Source: Chara braunii | Lineage: Eukaryota; Plantae; Charophyceae | Length of the DNA: 64,000 bases | Direction: 5' to 3' | Assembly (NCBI GenBank): GCA_003427395.1 | Contig: BFEA01000002.1 | Location: 9,227,093 to 9,291,092, forward strand | Shown: positions 1-12,295 of the stretch, one piece after another | How positions within the stretch are numbered: the stretch's first letter is position 1 | Layout: each line of letters starts with the position of its first letter | The notes under the pieces: model-generated | Database searches by the model: none | Told to the model about the DNA's origin: nothing | The model's input: only the letters and a program-made list of their open reading frames with translations | Program-made: the position numbers and the translations under genes

Positions 1-2327
1 TATGATGGTGAGAATAGTTTTGGCAGAAAATTAATAGAAAAGGGGATTAGTAGAAAAACGGGTGCGCGGAGTGTCGCGAGAGAGGGTGAGTAAAAGGAGT
101 GAATCCGGACGCAAAAATGCACGAGGTACATTCGGATGAGGGGAAAGGCTATGATGGTGGTTTTTTGACGAGGCAATCGTGATTGTGGAGTTAGTTCTAG
201 GAGAAGATTAGTAGGTTGAAAACTAAACGAAGTATAGGTTTCTCGGTATATGGCGGGACTAAATTACAGGCGGAGGAACTGAATGTATCTCCCCATGTTT
301 TAGCGGGAGATTCACTCCATTCTTTTTTTTATCTGACGAATTGGGTGACGAGAGGGAGTGAATGCTACGCGCGCGAGGTCAAGGGGAAGAAAGATAGGGA
401 TAAGGACATACACGAATGATCGAACTGGTCATACTGGAAAAGTCGAAGGGAGGGGCTTCGAGTGCGGAGTCTGTGCGCTTTTTTTGAGGCAAGGTCGGCA
501 GTGTATTCGGCCATGACCCGACAGTAGATTCGCTTGGATTGGCTCGACCAGGTGATGGAAGTAGAATAGGAACAAGCTAAGAAGGTGGAGACTTACCTAT
601 GGTCCATGCGCCACTCGGCCATCGATTGTCGACAGAAGGAGTGGAAGTCGGTCAAGAGGGAGGCCAGCTGTGGGGAGGTAGTTTCAAATGTTGGCCGAGG
701 TGTTTTCACCTCGTGAGGAGAATTATTTAGCTACATGGTACGCGATTGTTGCTGAAGAGAACAGCCGAGTGGGCTGTATATCCAAGTATAGCTATGAAGA
801 TTAAGGTTGCAGCCATATGGGCCGCCCGCAGTTGCTGTTTGGTACTACGAAGCCAAGAGTGCCACGGGGTTTCGAGTTCGTCGTTGTAGGCATGAGTAAT
901 GGTCGTGATCAAGGGAGGGGGATCTGAGGGCAAACTACGGTGCCACGAGTATGGTGCCTAACTATTCTTAGTAGGAGGAGTGAGTTGGCTGTTGTAGTTC
1001 AGCCAAGCTCACGTACACTGCTGCCGCTCCGCCTTCGTTCACTACACTTTGTGCCAAACCGCCATAACCCGTTTTTGAGTACACCTGACCATTGCACAAT
1101 CAGCCGAGTCGCGCTGCTATCTCACTTCGAAGCGGAAGAAGGTTATATTTTGACCCATAGGCCGTATCTTCAACCATGGTCAGCGCATTTCAAAGCCACG
1201 AAGCTCTGAGGAAGGGCTGAGCTTGTTGAGGAGATGGTTGTTGCTGTGAGTGGAAGGTTCCTCAGGAAAAGTGAAGCTCGACAACTTGGCTTCAGGCACA
1301 GAACGCAGCTGCATACTGGGCGTAGGCTGCTGCTAATCTACATCGTTGTGTACTGCTGCTGCGCCTGTTGACTACGCACTAGCTACTGTCTACTATTGAG
1401 GCTGTTGCTACGGGATCTGCGCAGGCTATTGCTGTGGATGGCACACGAACTGCGGTTGTGCCTGAATATTGTGTAAAGAGGATTACGGTTCACTATAGGC
1501 TGCGCACAGACTACCGCTGAGAGTTGTTGTTGACTGTGTACTAGTTGTTGTTGCTGCTGCGGACTGGGTACGGGCTATTGCTGTTATTATTGACCATCGC
1601 TGCGTATTATGCTGTGTCTAAGGTCTGCTGCGGATTGTCGTGCGGCCACGATCGAGCAAGGCTTGAAGAAGTGGTCAGGCTGGGCAAAATAGGGGGTTGG
1701 TGTTGCGAATTCAGAGATCATCAGGGGACTAATCTTGGCAGTGAGTTCGACAGTTGACTCCGATGTGACCAAGCTGCTACGTTGGCCGCCATTGCGGGGC
1801 CCTCAGGCGTTGAAGGTACCAAGACCCTCTCCTGCGAGTCTGAGAGTACCCCCCTTGGATCCGAGAGTCTAAAACTTCCTTTTTTTATCCTTCTTACGCT
1901 AAGTCTAGTCTACTGGTTCTGAGAGGAAGGCGGCAAGCGGGATTGCAACCCGTAGGACCTCATCAAGACTCTGTGGGGAGTCCACCCACCGATTGCGGTA
2001 GCTCTGCCGAAACTCAGGAGGAGTTCTGGAGGCAGGGAACTGACAGGTAACCCTTCATTTCCCTCTATAAACCCAGTTATAACCCCTATCTCCGAGTCTA
2101 TCAACCATTGCATCTTTGACTGAATATATGATGTGCAGCTCTACTCTAATTTTCGTTTGATTTTCAGGACACTAAACCAGATTAAGTAAAAGAATGTTTT
2201 GTCCAATCTCAGTTTCAGCTTTATTGATTGTATGAAATCAAATTGCTAAAAGGAATTGCATCTGGGAAAGGCAGGATGGAGGGTTGTTTTGATTGAGGGT
2301 TTGACTGATCATTAAGGATGGGAGGTC

Positions 2328-3206
2328 CCCATAAGTTTGGGGAGACCCAGTGCTATGTTTATTTTGGCTTGAGTGGAGCGTCAGACCCTTCTATAAGTTT
2401 AGGGGGTCTGATTGCTCTAGAGGCTGGGAAGTCCTCATAAGTTTGGGGAGACCCAGTGCTATGGTTTTGCGTGGAGGGTCTGGCTGTTCTATAAGTTTAG
2501 GTGGTCTGACTGCTCTGATTTGGGAAGGTTGAATGTGATTGACTTTTCAGGGACCAAGCACATTCTGTAAGTTCATGTGCCTTGGTCGCCTTGTTTACTT
2601 TGGGTTTCCTTTTGTTTAGTTAAGTTATGAACGAGGAAGTCTAAGTTGTTCTATAAGTTTAGGTGGCTTAACCCCTTCCTGCTTTTATTCTAAGAGAATG
2701 AACTTGACAAAGGGCAAATTGTTCAATAAGTTCAGGTGATCTAGTGCAATGCTTCGCACATAATGGATCAGAGGGAAACAAATCAGGCAGAGAGTCAGAC
2801 TGCTCTGTAAGTTCAGGTGGTTTGACTCAAAGCCTCGCACATGTTGGAACCCAAAAGTTATAACTTGGCTATACTTTACTATTATTTTATTTAAGAACGT
2901 GCTAATCAGACTGTTCTATAAGTTTAGGTGGTCTGACTATAGCCTATCACAACTTGAAGAGAGTATAATTAAGAATAAAATTGATGGTAAGCTGGGGCAG
3001 ACTAAACTTGAGTTAGTTCAGTCATATGCATCCTTAGAAGACAAAAAAGGGGAACCTAGATATATATAACTTGGATACTTTAAACAATTCAAGGCGACTA
3101 GAATGGTCTAGTCATGTGCCCAAATAAGAGAAAAGTAGTTGTGCCCTCTGTTTGTGTATATTCACTGGCAAAGTCAGGTTAATTCCATAAGTTTAGGTGG
3201 TCTGAC
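2328..3206 (+). repeat. Array of ~10 copies of (C)TRTAAGTTYAGG(TGGTCTGA) with variable spacers
   Basis: Motif near 2330, 2391, 2437, 2489, 2566, 2651, 2726, 2805, 2916 and 3186; homologous array at ~47915-48790. Confidence 0.8.
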
Positions 3207-3494
3207 CTTGTGCCTTATGTAAGCGGGGTATAAGGGGTTAAGTTACTGAAAGATTATGAACTATTGTTTGCCCAGATGAACTTAAGATGACGAGAGTACT
3301 TACCTCTGTGGTTTGACCTGCATGTGGTTGAGTGAGATCACTACTTATCTGAGTTTCAGTTTGATAGGTAGTTGTTTTAGTTGCTCGCCACGTGCTAGAG
3401 CGATAGGAGTTAATTTCAATTCCTGCATTTTTTATGGTAACTTCTTTATTACTTAAATGAATTCTTGCATTTTCTGGGATCTTTTTTCATACTT

Positions 3495-4045
3495 GGCTTT
3501 GTATAAATCTTGGCAAGCTACTTTCTCTACGGGAAGCGGTGCCGAAATTTCTACAAATCCAAGGAGTTAGTCAATTTTTGACTTGTTGAAGTTCAACTTG
3601 TCTTTTCTTTATATCTGACCTAGTAAAAATCTGGAAAGCCTCCTTTTCTAAAGGGAGTGCTGCTCAAATTTTTACTAATTCAGGGAGTTGGACAAAATTG
3701 GACTTTGAGAAGTCAAAGTTATTCTCAAATTCTGACCTTAGCTTTGTATAAATTTTGGGAAAACACTTTTCTAGAGGGAGTGCTGCCGAAATTTCTGTAA
3801 AACTACGGAGTTAGTTAGATCTTGTCCAAGTTGAACCCAAGTCGTATCTTGAGTTCATATCTGACTTAGTATAAATATGAGAAGTCTTCTTTTCTAAAGG
3901 GAGTGTTGCCCAAATTTTTACTGATTCAGGGAGAGACAAAATTTGACTTTCCAGAGTTAAAGATTATTTCTGCTTTCATATTTGGACTTATATAAATTCT
4001 GGAAAAATACTTTTCCTACGGGGAGCGCTGCCGAAATTTTCTTAG
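3495..4045 (+). repeat. Diverged ~122-bp tandem repeat (5 units) with core GGGAGYGCTGCCGAAATTT
   Basis: Core at ~3531, 3653, 3776, 3899 and 4021 with regular spacing. Confidence 0.8.
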
Positions 4046-5920
4046 TTTAAAGAAGATGGATTATATTTTGACAGGTGACAATTCTGGTAGTCCACTCTGA
4101 ATAGGGGAGATTTTGCAACGAATCTACCTTTCTTTGGACACTTGCCTAGAGGTAGGCTTAGATATAGTTAACTAGAAAAATTAAGGTAAAATCATGATAT
4201 GAGGATTGTTCTCCATGGACTTATAGGTTTAGCCTGGGGCATTGACCTGTAATGTGTTACAAGTCCTCTTGACCGTTAAATTCAAGTTCAGGACTAGATT
4301 CAACTTGATCCTTTGAGGATCATCTTCTGTTATCATTGATAACAGGTCGGTTGCTGATTCGTGGGTCTACGACTCAATCCTAACTCACCCTCCATACTCA
4401 ACCTAAAAGGCTTTAGCCCTGGTGATATTATTGTTTCATTAAGGTTTCACCCGGACTTTTATTGAATGGTCATTTAACGAAGGTACTGAGTATTTAATTA
4501 AGGTTGGTTGAACAAGAGATTGGGGCTTGCATGGCTAAAGCGAGGGGTATGAGTATAGGTGTTGGTTGAGCTTGACTCCGTGTAGTGCGTGGACTATTGT
4601 CTGACCCTTTGATGTGATTGCAGGTGTGTTCTGTGACTCAGATTCTGGATTTGATTGTCCGCGATCACATATATACATATGGTTGTGAGAAACCCCACTG
4701 AGACTGTGAGAAGTGATCGTCACATACTTACCCCCTTATATATGCATACATGGGTGTACCTGGGATGAGTGTTTACGTGGCCTAAGGGGTCCCGCGCTAA
4801 AAACCTACTCAGAGGTTAAGACTGAGAGGCACAGGGAAGACCCTTTGTTTTACTTGTTTGCTTCTTGCGGGTTTTCTTAGTCGGACGTTGGTCCTGGGCC
4901 GGGATTCAAGGTCCTTGTCCAGGACATTCCAAGCCCTAGACTCTGCAGGGGAGGAACTTCCCCTAGCGCAGAGCCTATTTGCTATGCCCGTCGAGACACC
5001 CAGCCCTGAAGGCGGAAATGTCGCGAGGGCCGAACGGCATATCCTTCAGCCGTTCAATATCGTGAGGGGTAACCCCTCACGATATATTCCTTCAGCCATT
5101 CAATATTGCGAGGTTGGAACCGCGATTACCACGTATGACAGACATCGTTGGTTGGTATAGGACTGACCTGCAATCGCGCGGCTTTATATTAGAATCATGC
5201 GCGCGACGGTTCGCCGCCCTAGCATCTAAAGGTTATGGGATCAAGGGACTCGCACATACGCACGAACGCTTGGGATTATTATAGGTCGCTGACACCAACC
5301 GAAAAAGGGGGGGGGGTACCCCAGGGTTATGATTTCTTTTGGAATAAGGGGACCTTCGGCCTATTTTTTTTGTTTTTTAAGATTTTATATAGTTGGACGT
5401 TGTAGTCCGTGGCAGCCGTCAAAGTCAAACCCCTTGACTCTTGTCCAGGCCTGGAGCGGGGCTCACCTCCAGGGCAGTAAGAAAGGAATGTCGTCACAGG
5501 TACAGACATGTGTACCACCCACTCTGCACAGGGTGCGAAAGAGGGTGTGTGGTTTTCAACCGCGCATGGCGGTTGTCCAACGTCGAAAGATTAACCCTCA
5601 AAGCGCGTGTCAGCCGACACTTGAGTGTCTAACGCGGCCCTCAAGATCAACGAGGATCACATGAGTATGGATACTACATAGTACGCCATCATTGCGACCG
5701 CTTGCGTACGTTTGCATTGCGGATCGATAGGAGTAGGCCCTGCGTCCGCGCGGTTTTATACTAAGTCTCGCGCGGGACGACTATCCGATTCCGCATCGGA
5801 AAGCTATGGGACGACTATTGAAGGGACTAGGAGTGTTGTCGCGTTGTTTGATGTGAGTGTGTGTGTGTGGTTTATCTTAGTGTACGTAGTGTGGTGTATG
5901 CGTGGTGAGTGGGAGGCGTC

Positions 5921-6345
5921 CTAGTCGATTGACGACGAGTCGCGCTTGGGACCTCAGCCCCCCCAAGATGTCGGTTCACGTGCGGGCCCGATAGAGGCGT
6001 ACTACCGAGCGTACCCCCTATGCTACAGCGAGCGAGAAACGGCCTCGGCTGGTCCACCTCTGCGATTGCAACTGATTAGCTTTCGTACTGTGGACTGGTA
6101 GCTCGGCGGGGATACGCCCACCGAAGGGAGGTGACAGCTTCCGCAAGGTGGAGGTAAGTCGTGCCTCGCATAGGCCCTATCCTATCGTAGGGGTTCGCGA
6201 GAGGTATGGCTGGTGCACTCGGCCGGATCGGCTTGCTGAAGCTCCATGTATATATTCGCGATGAGGGATTTAAGCCAACTCCTGTGTGACGCGGCTGGGA
6301 GGGTCCCGCGCTGCCCTGTGCGGTGCCGGACCGATGTGCTCGACA
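5921..6345 (+). ncRNA. Putative structured RNA module at element right end (copy 1)
   Basis: Conserved blocks CTAGTCGA, AGGCGT, GCGTACCCC, TATGCTACAGCG, GGTAGCTC.GC.GGGATACGCC, a hairpin with G-GUGA-C loop (6131), CCTCGC...GCGAGAGGTA, a GGGA-loop hairpin, a terminal hairpin, then CGACA. Confidence 0.6.
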
Positions 6346-6866
6346 GCGCGACGCCTAACCGATTGCTCTGCTACAAGGTTATGGGTCGGACACTAAAGAG
6401 ACTAAGAGAGTTTTACTTTTCATGTGAGTATTTTAATTTTATTGTGGTGTAACGTGTGGTGAGTGGATTGCATCCTAGTCGACTGACGACGAGTCGTGTT
6501 TGGGACCTCAACCCCCCATGCGCTGATCCGCGTGTGGGTCCGATTGAGGGGCGTTGACCGCACGTACCCCCTATGCTACAGCGAACAAGAAACTCCCTCG
6601 GTTGGGCCACCTCTGCGATTGCATACGAAAAACTTTCGCATGTGGTTTGGTAGCTCAGCGGGGATACGCCCACCCAAGGGATGGTGACAGCTCCCATGGG
6701 TGGAGGTAAGACGTACCTCGCGTGACCCTATCCTGTCGTAGGGGTTCGTGAGAGGTACGACTAGCGCACTCGGTCGGAGCGGCAAACCACGCTCTACAAT
6801 GAAGTCCAGTAAAATCGTGCGTGATGCTGTCGGGAGATTCCCCCTGCAAGACCGATGCGCTCGACA
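6346..6866 (+). mobile_element. Right end of a related host element into which D1 inserted; contains RNA module copy 2 (6475-6866)
   Basis: 6356-6480 resembles 5770-5925. Second complete module ending GATGCGCTCGACA (6862-6866), flank CCGT. Confidence 0.65.
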
Positions 6867-6903
6867 CCGTTGTAAGCTCTACATGTAACCTCTCTCTTTA
6901 TCC

Positions 6904-7010
6904 GAAGAAGAAGAAGAAGAAGAAGAAGAAAAAAAAAAAAAAAAAGAAGAAGAAAAAGAAGAAGAAAAAGAGGGGAAGAAGGAAGAAGAAGGAGGAAGGA
7001 GGGAGATGAA
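6904..7010. repeat. (GAA)n/poly-A low-complexity tract
   Basis: Seen directly; it produces the poly-K ORF 6821-7009. Confidence 0.9.
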
Positions 7011-8094
7011 GGAGGAGAAACTCAAGGAAGGAGTTAAGGGTTGAAAGAGCCAAGAGATGAGAGGGAAAGAAGAAGTGGTAGGCTGGAGACTTCAGTGTGA
7101 GTCGTCCTATCGCTCACATGTATGTGTTTATACGTATAAAATTTTCCTCCTATTAGTACGTGTATGAATTGTTCGTAAAACTTTTTTACTTGATATCAAA
7201 CCAGTAGTAGGAGGATCCAGTGAGGGTCGTCCTATTACTTGATCGAACTTAGTCTAATATGTCCTGAAGGGTAGTAAGGCACTCCAGTGAAAGTCGTTCT
7301 AATTCTTGTTCGAGACTAGGACAACTAAGTGCTGAGAGGTGGTGGGGTGCTCCAGTGTGAGTTACCTTGCTGCCTGGTACAAAAAGAATGGCAGGATGGA
7401 GACTCCACTGCAAGTCGTCCTACCACTATAAGCATTTGTACGTACAATATTAAATACCGGTGTCGGAGCTGATAGCCGACACAACGTCGGCACCTACAGA
7501 CAGGCTGAAGTCGGAAAATGAGGCAAACCCCTCGACTACTTGGTCAAGAAAGTTTTGCAAGCACAAACGCCGGAACGCGGCGTTCTCAAACTAGAGTCGG
7601 TGGTTAAATTTTTTTCGAATGCTCACTTTCTTTGTCGTGACAAATGCAGAGACTGTAAAGGTTAGTGGGTTAAAAATTTGGATGACCACGTGAGCCACTT
7701 TGACTCGCGCAAAGACTGGAGAAGGGTTATTGAATAAAACCGCCGACCACAGAGGCCGGAAGGTTAGTCTAACGAAAGGAAGTTGCGTGGGTGTGACGAC
7801 AGCACGCCGAGTTAGTAGTTTCCGGCTAAAAACATCAAAACACGGTAGGGAGCGGGGAGAAGGGCAATGTATCCCCCCCCCCCTTTTTGCCTTATATGAG
7901 ACAGAAAGTTAATATACACCCCGGCCTTATGGCCAGGGCAGCCAAAGAGAGGCACGTTGCTTGCCATGCTAAGGCAGCGGCAGCCGGTACGAGCCTAAAC
8001 TAGCCCTAGGGAGGCAGGCCGTGAGCCTGTTTTACTTGAGAGACCAAGCCTATGCTCTACTTATGGCAGAATAGCTCTTATTCTAAGTGAACTA

Positions 8095-8179
8095 AGAGCT
8101 AGCCTAATAGGCACAGGCAGGGATTATCATGTGAATGATCTATGAACGAATCCCTCCGGCATTCGGGCTATCTCCTTTT
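8095..8179 (+). ncRNA. Putative Pol III (A-box/B-box) small RNA, copy in A1 (most degenerate)
   Basis: AGAGC-TAGCCTAATAGG (A-box-like) ... GAACGAATCC (B-box-like) ... GGGCTATCTCC-TTTT; the 5' and 3' ends can base-pair. Confidence 0.45.
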
Positions 8180-9579
8180 GACAAGGAGTTATACTTCAGT
8201 TTCACCCCGCGTTCGGACGACAGGGACTTGAACCCGTGACCTCTCTGGGGGTAAGTTAGAGGTTACTTGAGCCTACGCCCCGGATCCGACAGATGGCTCA
8301 CGGGAAAGTTAGTAGATAGATTCCGTTAGTAGTGAGATTCTGTTTTCATTGTCTTTCTTTTATTTATTTGATCTTTTTACTGCTTTTATTTTTATTTTTC
8401 TATTTCTTTGTCCTGCTTCATTTTATAAAAACGAAATTGACAAGTTAAACCAAGGAATCCATCCCGCTATCGAGGTAGATACGGTCAGAAAATTCCCTGT
8501 TGAACTTCTATCCGACTGAAAACTCGTCGGCCCCGCTAGAACATCGCGGATCGTTACCGCGAAGCCGAGCTGAGTTAGCTATTGCAGAGAGAAGAAGAAG
8601 GAGCGCAGCAGGGAGAGGAAGCGCAACGAGGAGCACAAAAGCAGAGGTAGAGCGCAACAACGAGCGGGAAGCACGGAGGAAACATAAGCACGCAAGAACG
8701 GGCGCAGTGATAGGAAGCAGGGCCGGGGGCAACGCAAAGGAGATGGAAGAAGGCCGCGCATAGGGACATGGTAACTAGCGTGGGGAGAGGTGCGATGCGA
8801 CGTAGGTGAGGGAAGAATAACACTAAGGAGGGAGAAGAGAAACATTGAAAAAATGGAGAAAGACGATCGCGCTGCAGAAAGCAGAGCGCAGCAAGAAGGC
8901 CACTTCGCGGGAAAGCTCGAAAGGGGGAGATGTGTGGAGGTAGTGCGAGTTGGCAGGAAATGCGCGCGGGAAGATAAGCGCGCGGAGGCAGGAGTAGAAC
9001 GCGCAAGAAGAAGAAGAAAAAGAAGAGGAAGAAGAAGAAGGAGAAGAAGGAGAAGAAGGAGAAGGAGAGGAAGGAGAAAGGGAGAGAGAAAGGTATCCTG
9101 GAAGCAGGAAAGATAGCGCACAGAGAAAAAGAAGGCGGTAGTACGAAAGAGGGAGACACAAGAAGAAGAAGAAGAAGAGGAAGAAGAAGAAGAAAAGGAA
9201 GGGGAGGAGAAGGAAGAGATGAAGAGAGCGGGCAACTTACCTAGTAATAGGTGCGCCCTCCCTTGTTGTCAATGATGACGCTGTGAGGTTGGGGCCGTCA
9301 TTATCGACTTGTTGGAGTGCGCATCATGCTCGTGGTGTGATCACAGTGTGCTGGCCTTCGTAACAGATCATGTCGTGGAGCGAGGGAGAGAGAGAACGTA
9401 AGTCCCCAATAACATGACCTACTCCATAGAATTTCATTCGATGGGGAGAACAAAAGCAAAAGAATCTACCGCTAGCTATGGAAAATGTATCTACCGCTAA
9501 AGAATGGGAATATACGCCGCCACACTCATTTGCTCGTGTGCGAGTATGAGTGTGAGTGTGTGAGTGTGAGCGTGCTTGC

Positions 9580-9582
<3 letters not shown>

Positions 9583-9673
<91 letters not shown>

Positions 9674-9674
9674 N

Positions 9675-9746
<72 letters not shown>
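9583..9746. repeat. (TG)n(AG)n compound microsatellite
   Basis: Seen directly. Confidence 0.95.
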
Positions 9747-9752
<6 letters not shown>

Positions 9753-10461
9753 CTTACCTGTTCCACGCTGGTCCTGATCGCAACGGTCGTGCAATCAGCC
9801 TGAACGCAATGCACCCCCACTCCGGCTGACAGTATCAGACCGAAAAGATAGTCTATATACTTTCATTTACATGTTTTTTTTTAATTAATTTATTATTATT
9901 ATTACTATTACTATTATTATTATCGTTGTTGTTACTATTATCATTATCGTTATTATTAACTATTATTATAGCGACCTTATTTTAGTCACGAGGAGAAGAA
10001 GAGTAGCGCAGAAAAGGGGAAGAAAATCACGGGAGGAGAAGAAGATTTCGAGGAGAAACGCGGATCATCGTAGAAAGCAGAAACTACCGCTCAGGGAAAA
10101 GAAGGGTAGAAGAAGAAGAAGAAGAAACCTGCCAGTTGTAGTCTGGGTGCCGAGCGCCAGATAGGATATCAACATTGGTTATTCGTTGATGATGATGATG
10201 AAACTATTCCAGCATTGTCAATTATGAGCGATTCGTGTGCTTTTATTTGGTGGGATTCGTGATGCATTTTTGTTCTTGGTTTGAGGTCACAAGAGTCTGG
10301 TCGCATGTATATGATACTGTTTGATGTCATTTTATTTAAAAATTGGTTATTTTCTTTTTTTTTTGTTGATTGATATATTATTATTATTATTATTATTTTA
10401 CAGACAGTTTTATTTTCTTTCACACTTCACATGCGTATAAACGAGTTGCACAGCAAACTGG

Positions 10462-10499
10462 CTGTCTCTTATACACATCTAGATGTGTATAAGAGACAG
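10462..10499. other. Nextera mate-pair junction adapter (two Tn5 mosaic ends) - assembly artefact
   Basis: CTGTCTCTTATACACATCT+AGATGTGTATAAGAGACAG between two identical 155-bp copies (10307-10461 = 10500-10654). Confidence 0.97.
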
Positions 10500-11779
10500 G
10501 TATATGATACTGTTTGATGTCATTTTATTTAAAAATTGGTTATTTTCTTTTTTTTTTGTTGATTGATATATTATTATTATTATTATTATTTTACAGACAG
10601 TTTTATTTTCTTTCACACTTCACATGCGTATAAACGAGTTGCACAGCAAACTGGTGACAGGCGCCCACTCAGACCTTAGAGATATGGTAACCGGGAACAC
10701 AGTTTAGATTCGGGTTCACTTCAATGGCCGTGGTGACTCGACGCCCACACAACTCTCCCTGTTTGCAGACACCGGATCACCTTGGATATCCCACACACGT
10801 GGCACTCTGTGTACGCATATAAACACACACACTTCACATTAAACTGCAGCTATCGCAGCTATGGCTGCCTCTACCCTATCGCTATGCTACCCTGTTCTCT
10901 CTCGCCCACTTCAGCTCCGGGCTCTCTGCAGACCTCCTTGCACAAGTCTTTGTGGAGGCGCTTCCGCATGGCTCACGCAGGAATGAATGAATGGCTGGGC
11001 ACGGCCTCTTGATTTATACTTCGAGGACTCGTTGGTCTGCCCATTGCCATCGGCCCATGGTGTTCACAGTCCCCCGTGCTATTTGCTGGACCGGACCGGG
11101 ACTAACTGGACCTTACCGTTGACTAACTGTGGGTTCACTGTTAACCCACCAGACTCGTACTGCAATCGCACTGCGGTTTTAGTCCACCACTGGGCTCGCC
11201 ACTTGACCACTTGCCAACCTTCTAAGAAAACTACAGCTAAGGCTCAGGGAACTTCGCTAAGACTTCTATCCTACAGATCTATAGATCGAACCCCTCTGCT
11301 ACCTACGGACCTATGACAACCTATCAACTGTTGCGAACACACACGTCACAGGTTCAACTCTCGGGCTCTACACAGATACTGTACACAGGTTGGGCAGGAT
11401 CTCGGGATCGAACCCTGGGATCTACGTCTACACAAAGGTGAAAACCATTTCAGATTGATTGGTATATTATTATAATTACTATTCTTATTATCATTATTAT
11501 TATTACTATTATTATTATTATTATTATTTTACTTGTAGGCAGACTTGTTGTCTTTTAGACTTCGCATACATGCAAACAGATGGGGATTCACATTGGCGCA
11601 TGACGCCCGCTCAAAGCTCAGAGATATGGAAGCCAGGAACACAGTTCGACCGAAAGTTCGCAACAACAGGCTGTGGCGCATCAGCGCCTGTAAACTCAAC
11701 TCTCGTCACTATGTCTAGCACCACTGTTCGAACAGACTCAACTCTGGATCACCCTGGTTATCCCACACACACTCACACT

Positions 11780-12295
11780 GTATCCTACACGCACACAATC
11801 ACACAGAGACAAAAAAACAGACAGAAACAGACGGATGCAGACAAACGGGCAGACAAACGCAGGCAACGAAAACAAGCCTGAATGACAGACAAACCCGCCA
11901 GACAAATAAGCACCGACAGGCAGCGACAAACAATTAGATACCAACGACAACGGACGGTCAGAGGAACAGATCGACAAAAGCAAGCAATCAAACAGACAGG
12001 CACACACAGAGGTAGAGCGAGATAACGAGAACATACAAACATAAACAGATAGCGACAAACAGTGAACAAACATAAAATACAAACAGAAACAGACAGAGAC
12101 AGACAGACAAGGACCGACACCCACAGGGAACCGACAGACACAGTCGGACGGACGACCCGACAGACACAGTCGGACGAACGATCCAACCAACACAGCCAGC
12201 TAATACGAACCATCAGACAAGGTAAAGGAATCAGGCATAGCCAAACGCACAGGCAATCAGACAAACCGAACAGACGGCTAGACACCGGCAACCAG
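11780..12295. repeat. Degenerate (CAGA/GACA)n-rich tract
   Basis: Seen directly; homologous tract at ~25640-26230 in A2. Confidence 0.85.

Larger units (their letters stand above)
1..6345 (+). mobile_element. TGTCG...CGACA-family element, copy D1 (left end outside window); possibly a giant solo LTR or non-autonomous element
   Basis: Ends in GTGCTCGACA (CGACA 6341-6345) directly after the conserved terminal module. 1735-3665 is colinear and highly similar to 47327-49245 (D2). Shares the pre-donor hairpin (2002-2037) and the TGTTATC/GATAACA hairpin (4327-4345) with A1/A2. Confidence 0.7.

Noticed and set aside
2328-3206. CRISPR-like repeat-spacer array
   Set aside because: Repeats are short and degenerate, spacers are irregular, and the spacers are shared by descent with D2 rather than acquired.
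8500-9820. Long ORFs (R/E/K-, S/F/L-, TH- and CV-rich)
   Set aside because: Products of (GAA)n, (AG)n and (TG)n tracts, open in many frames on both strands. The same applies to 11738-12304, 23140-23779, 25602-26259 and 32460-34030.
10462-10499. Genuine Tn5/IS50 ends
   Set aside because: Exact Nextera junction sequence with an identical flanking duplication and no transposase.
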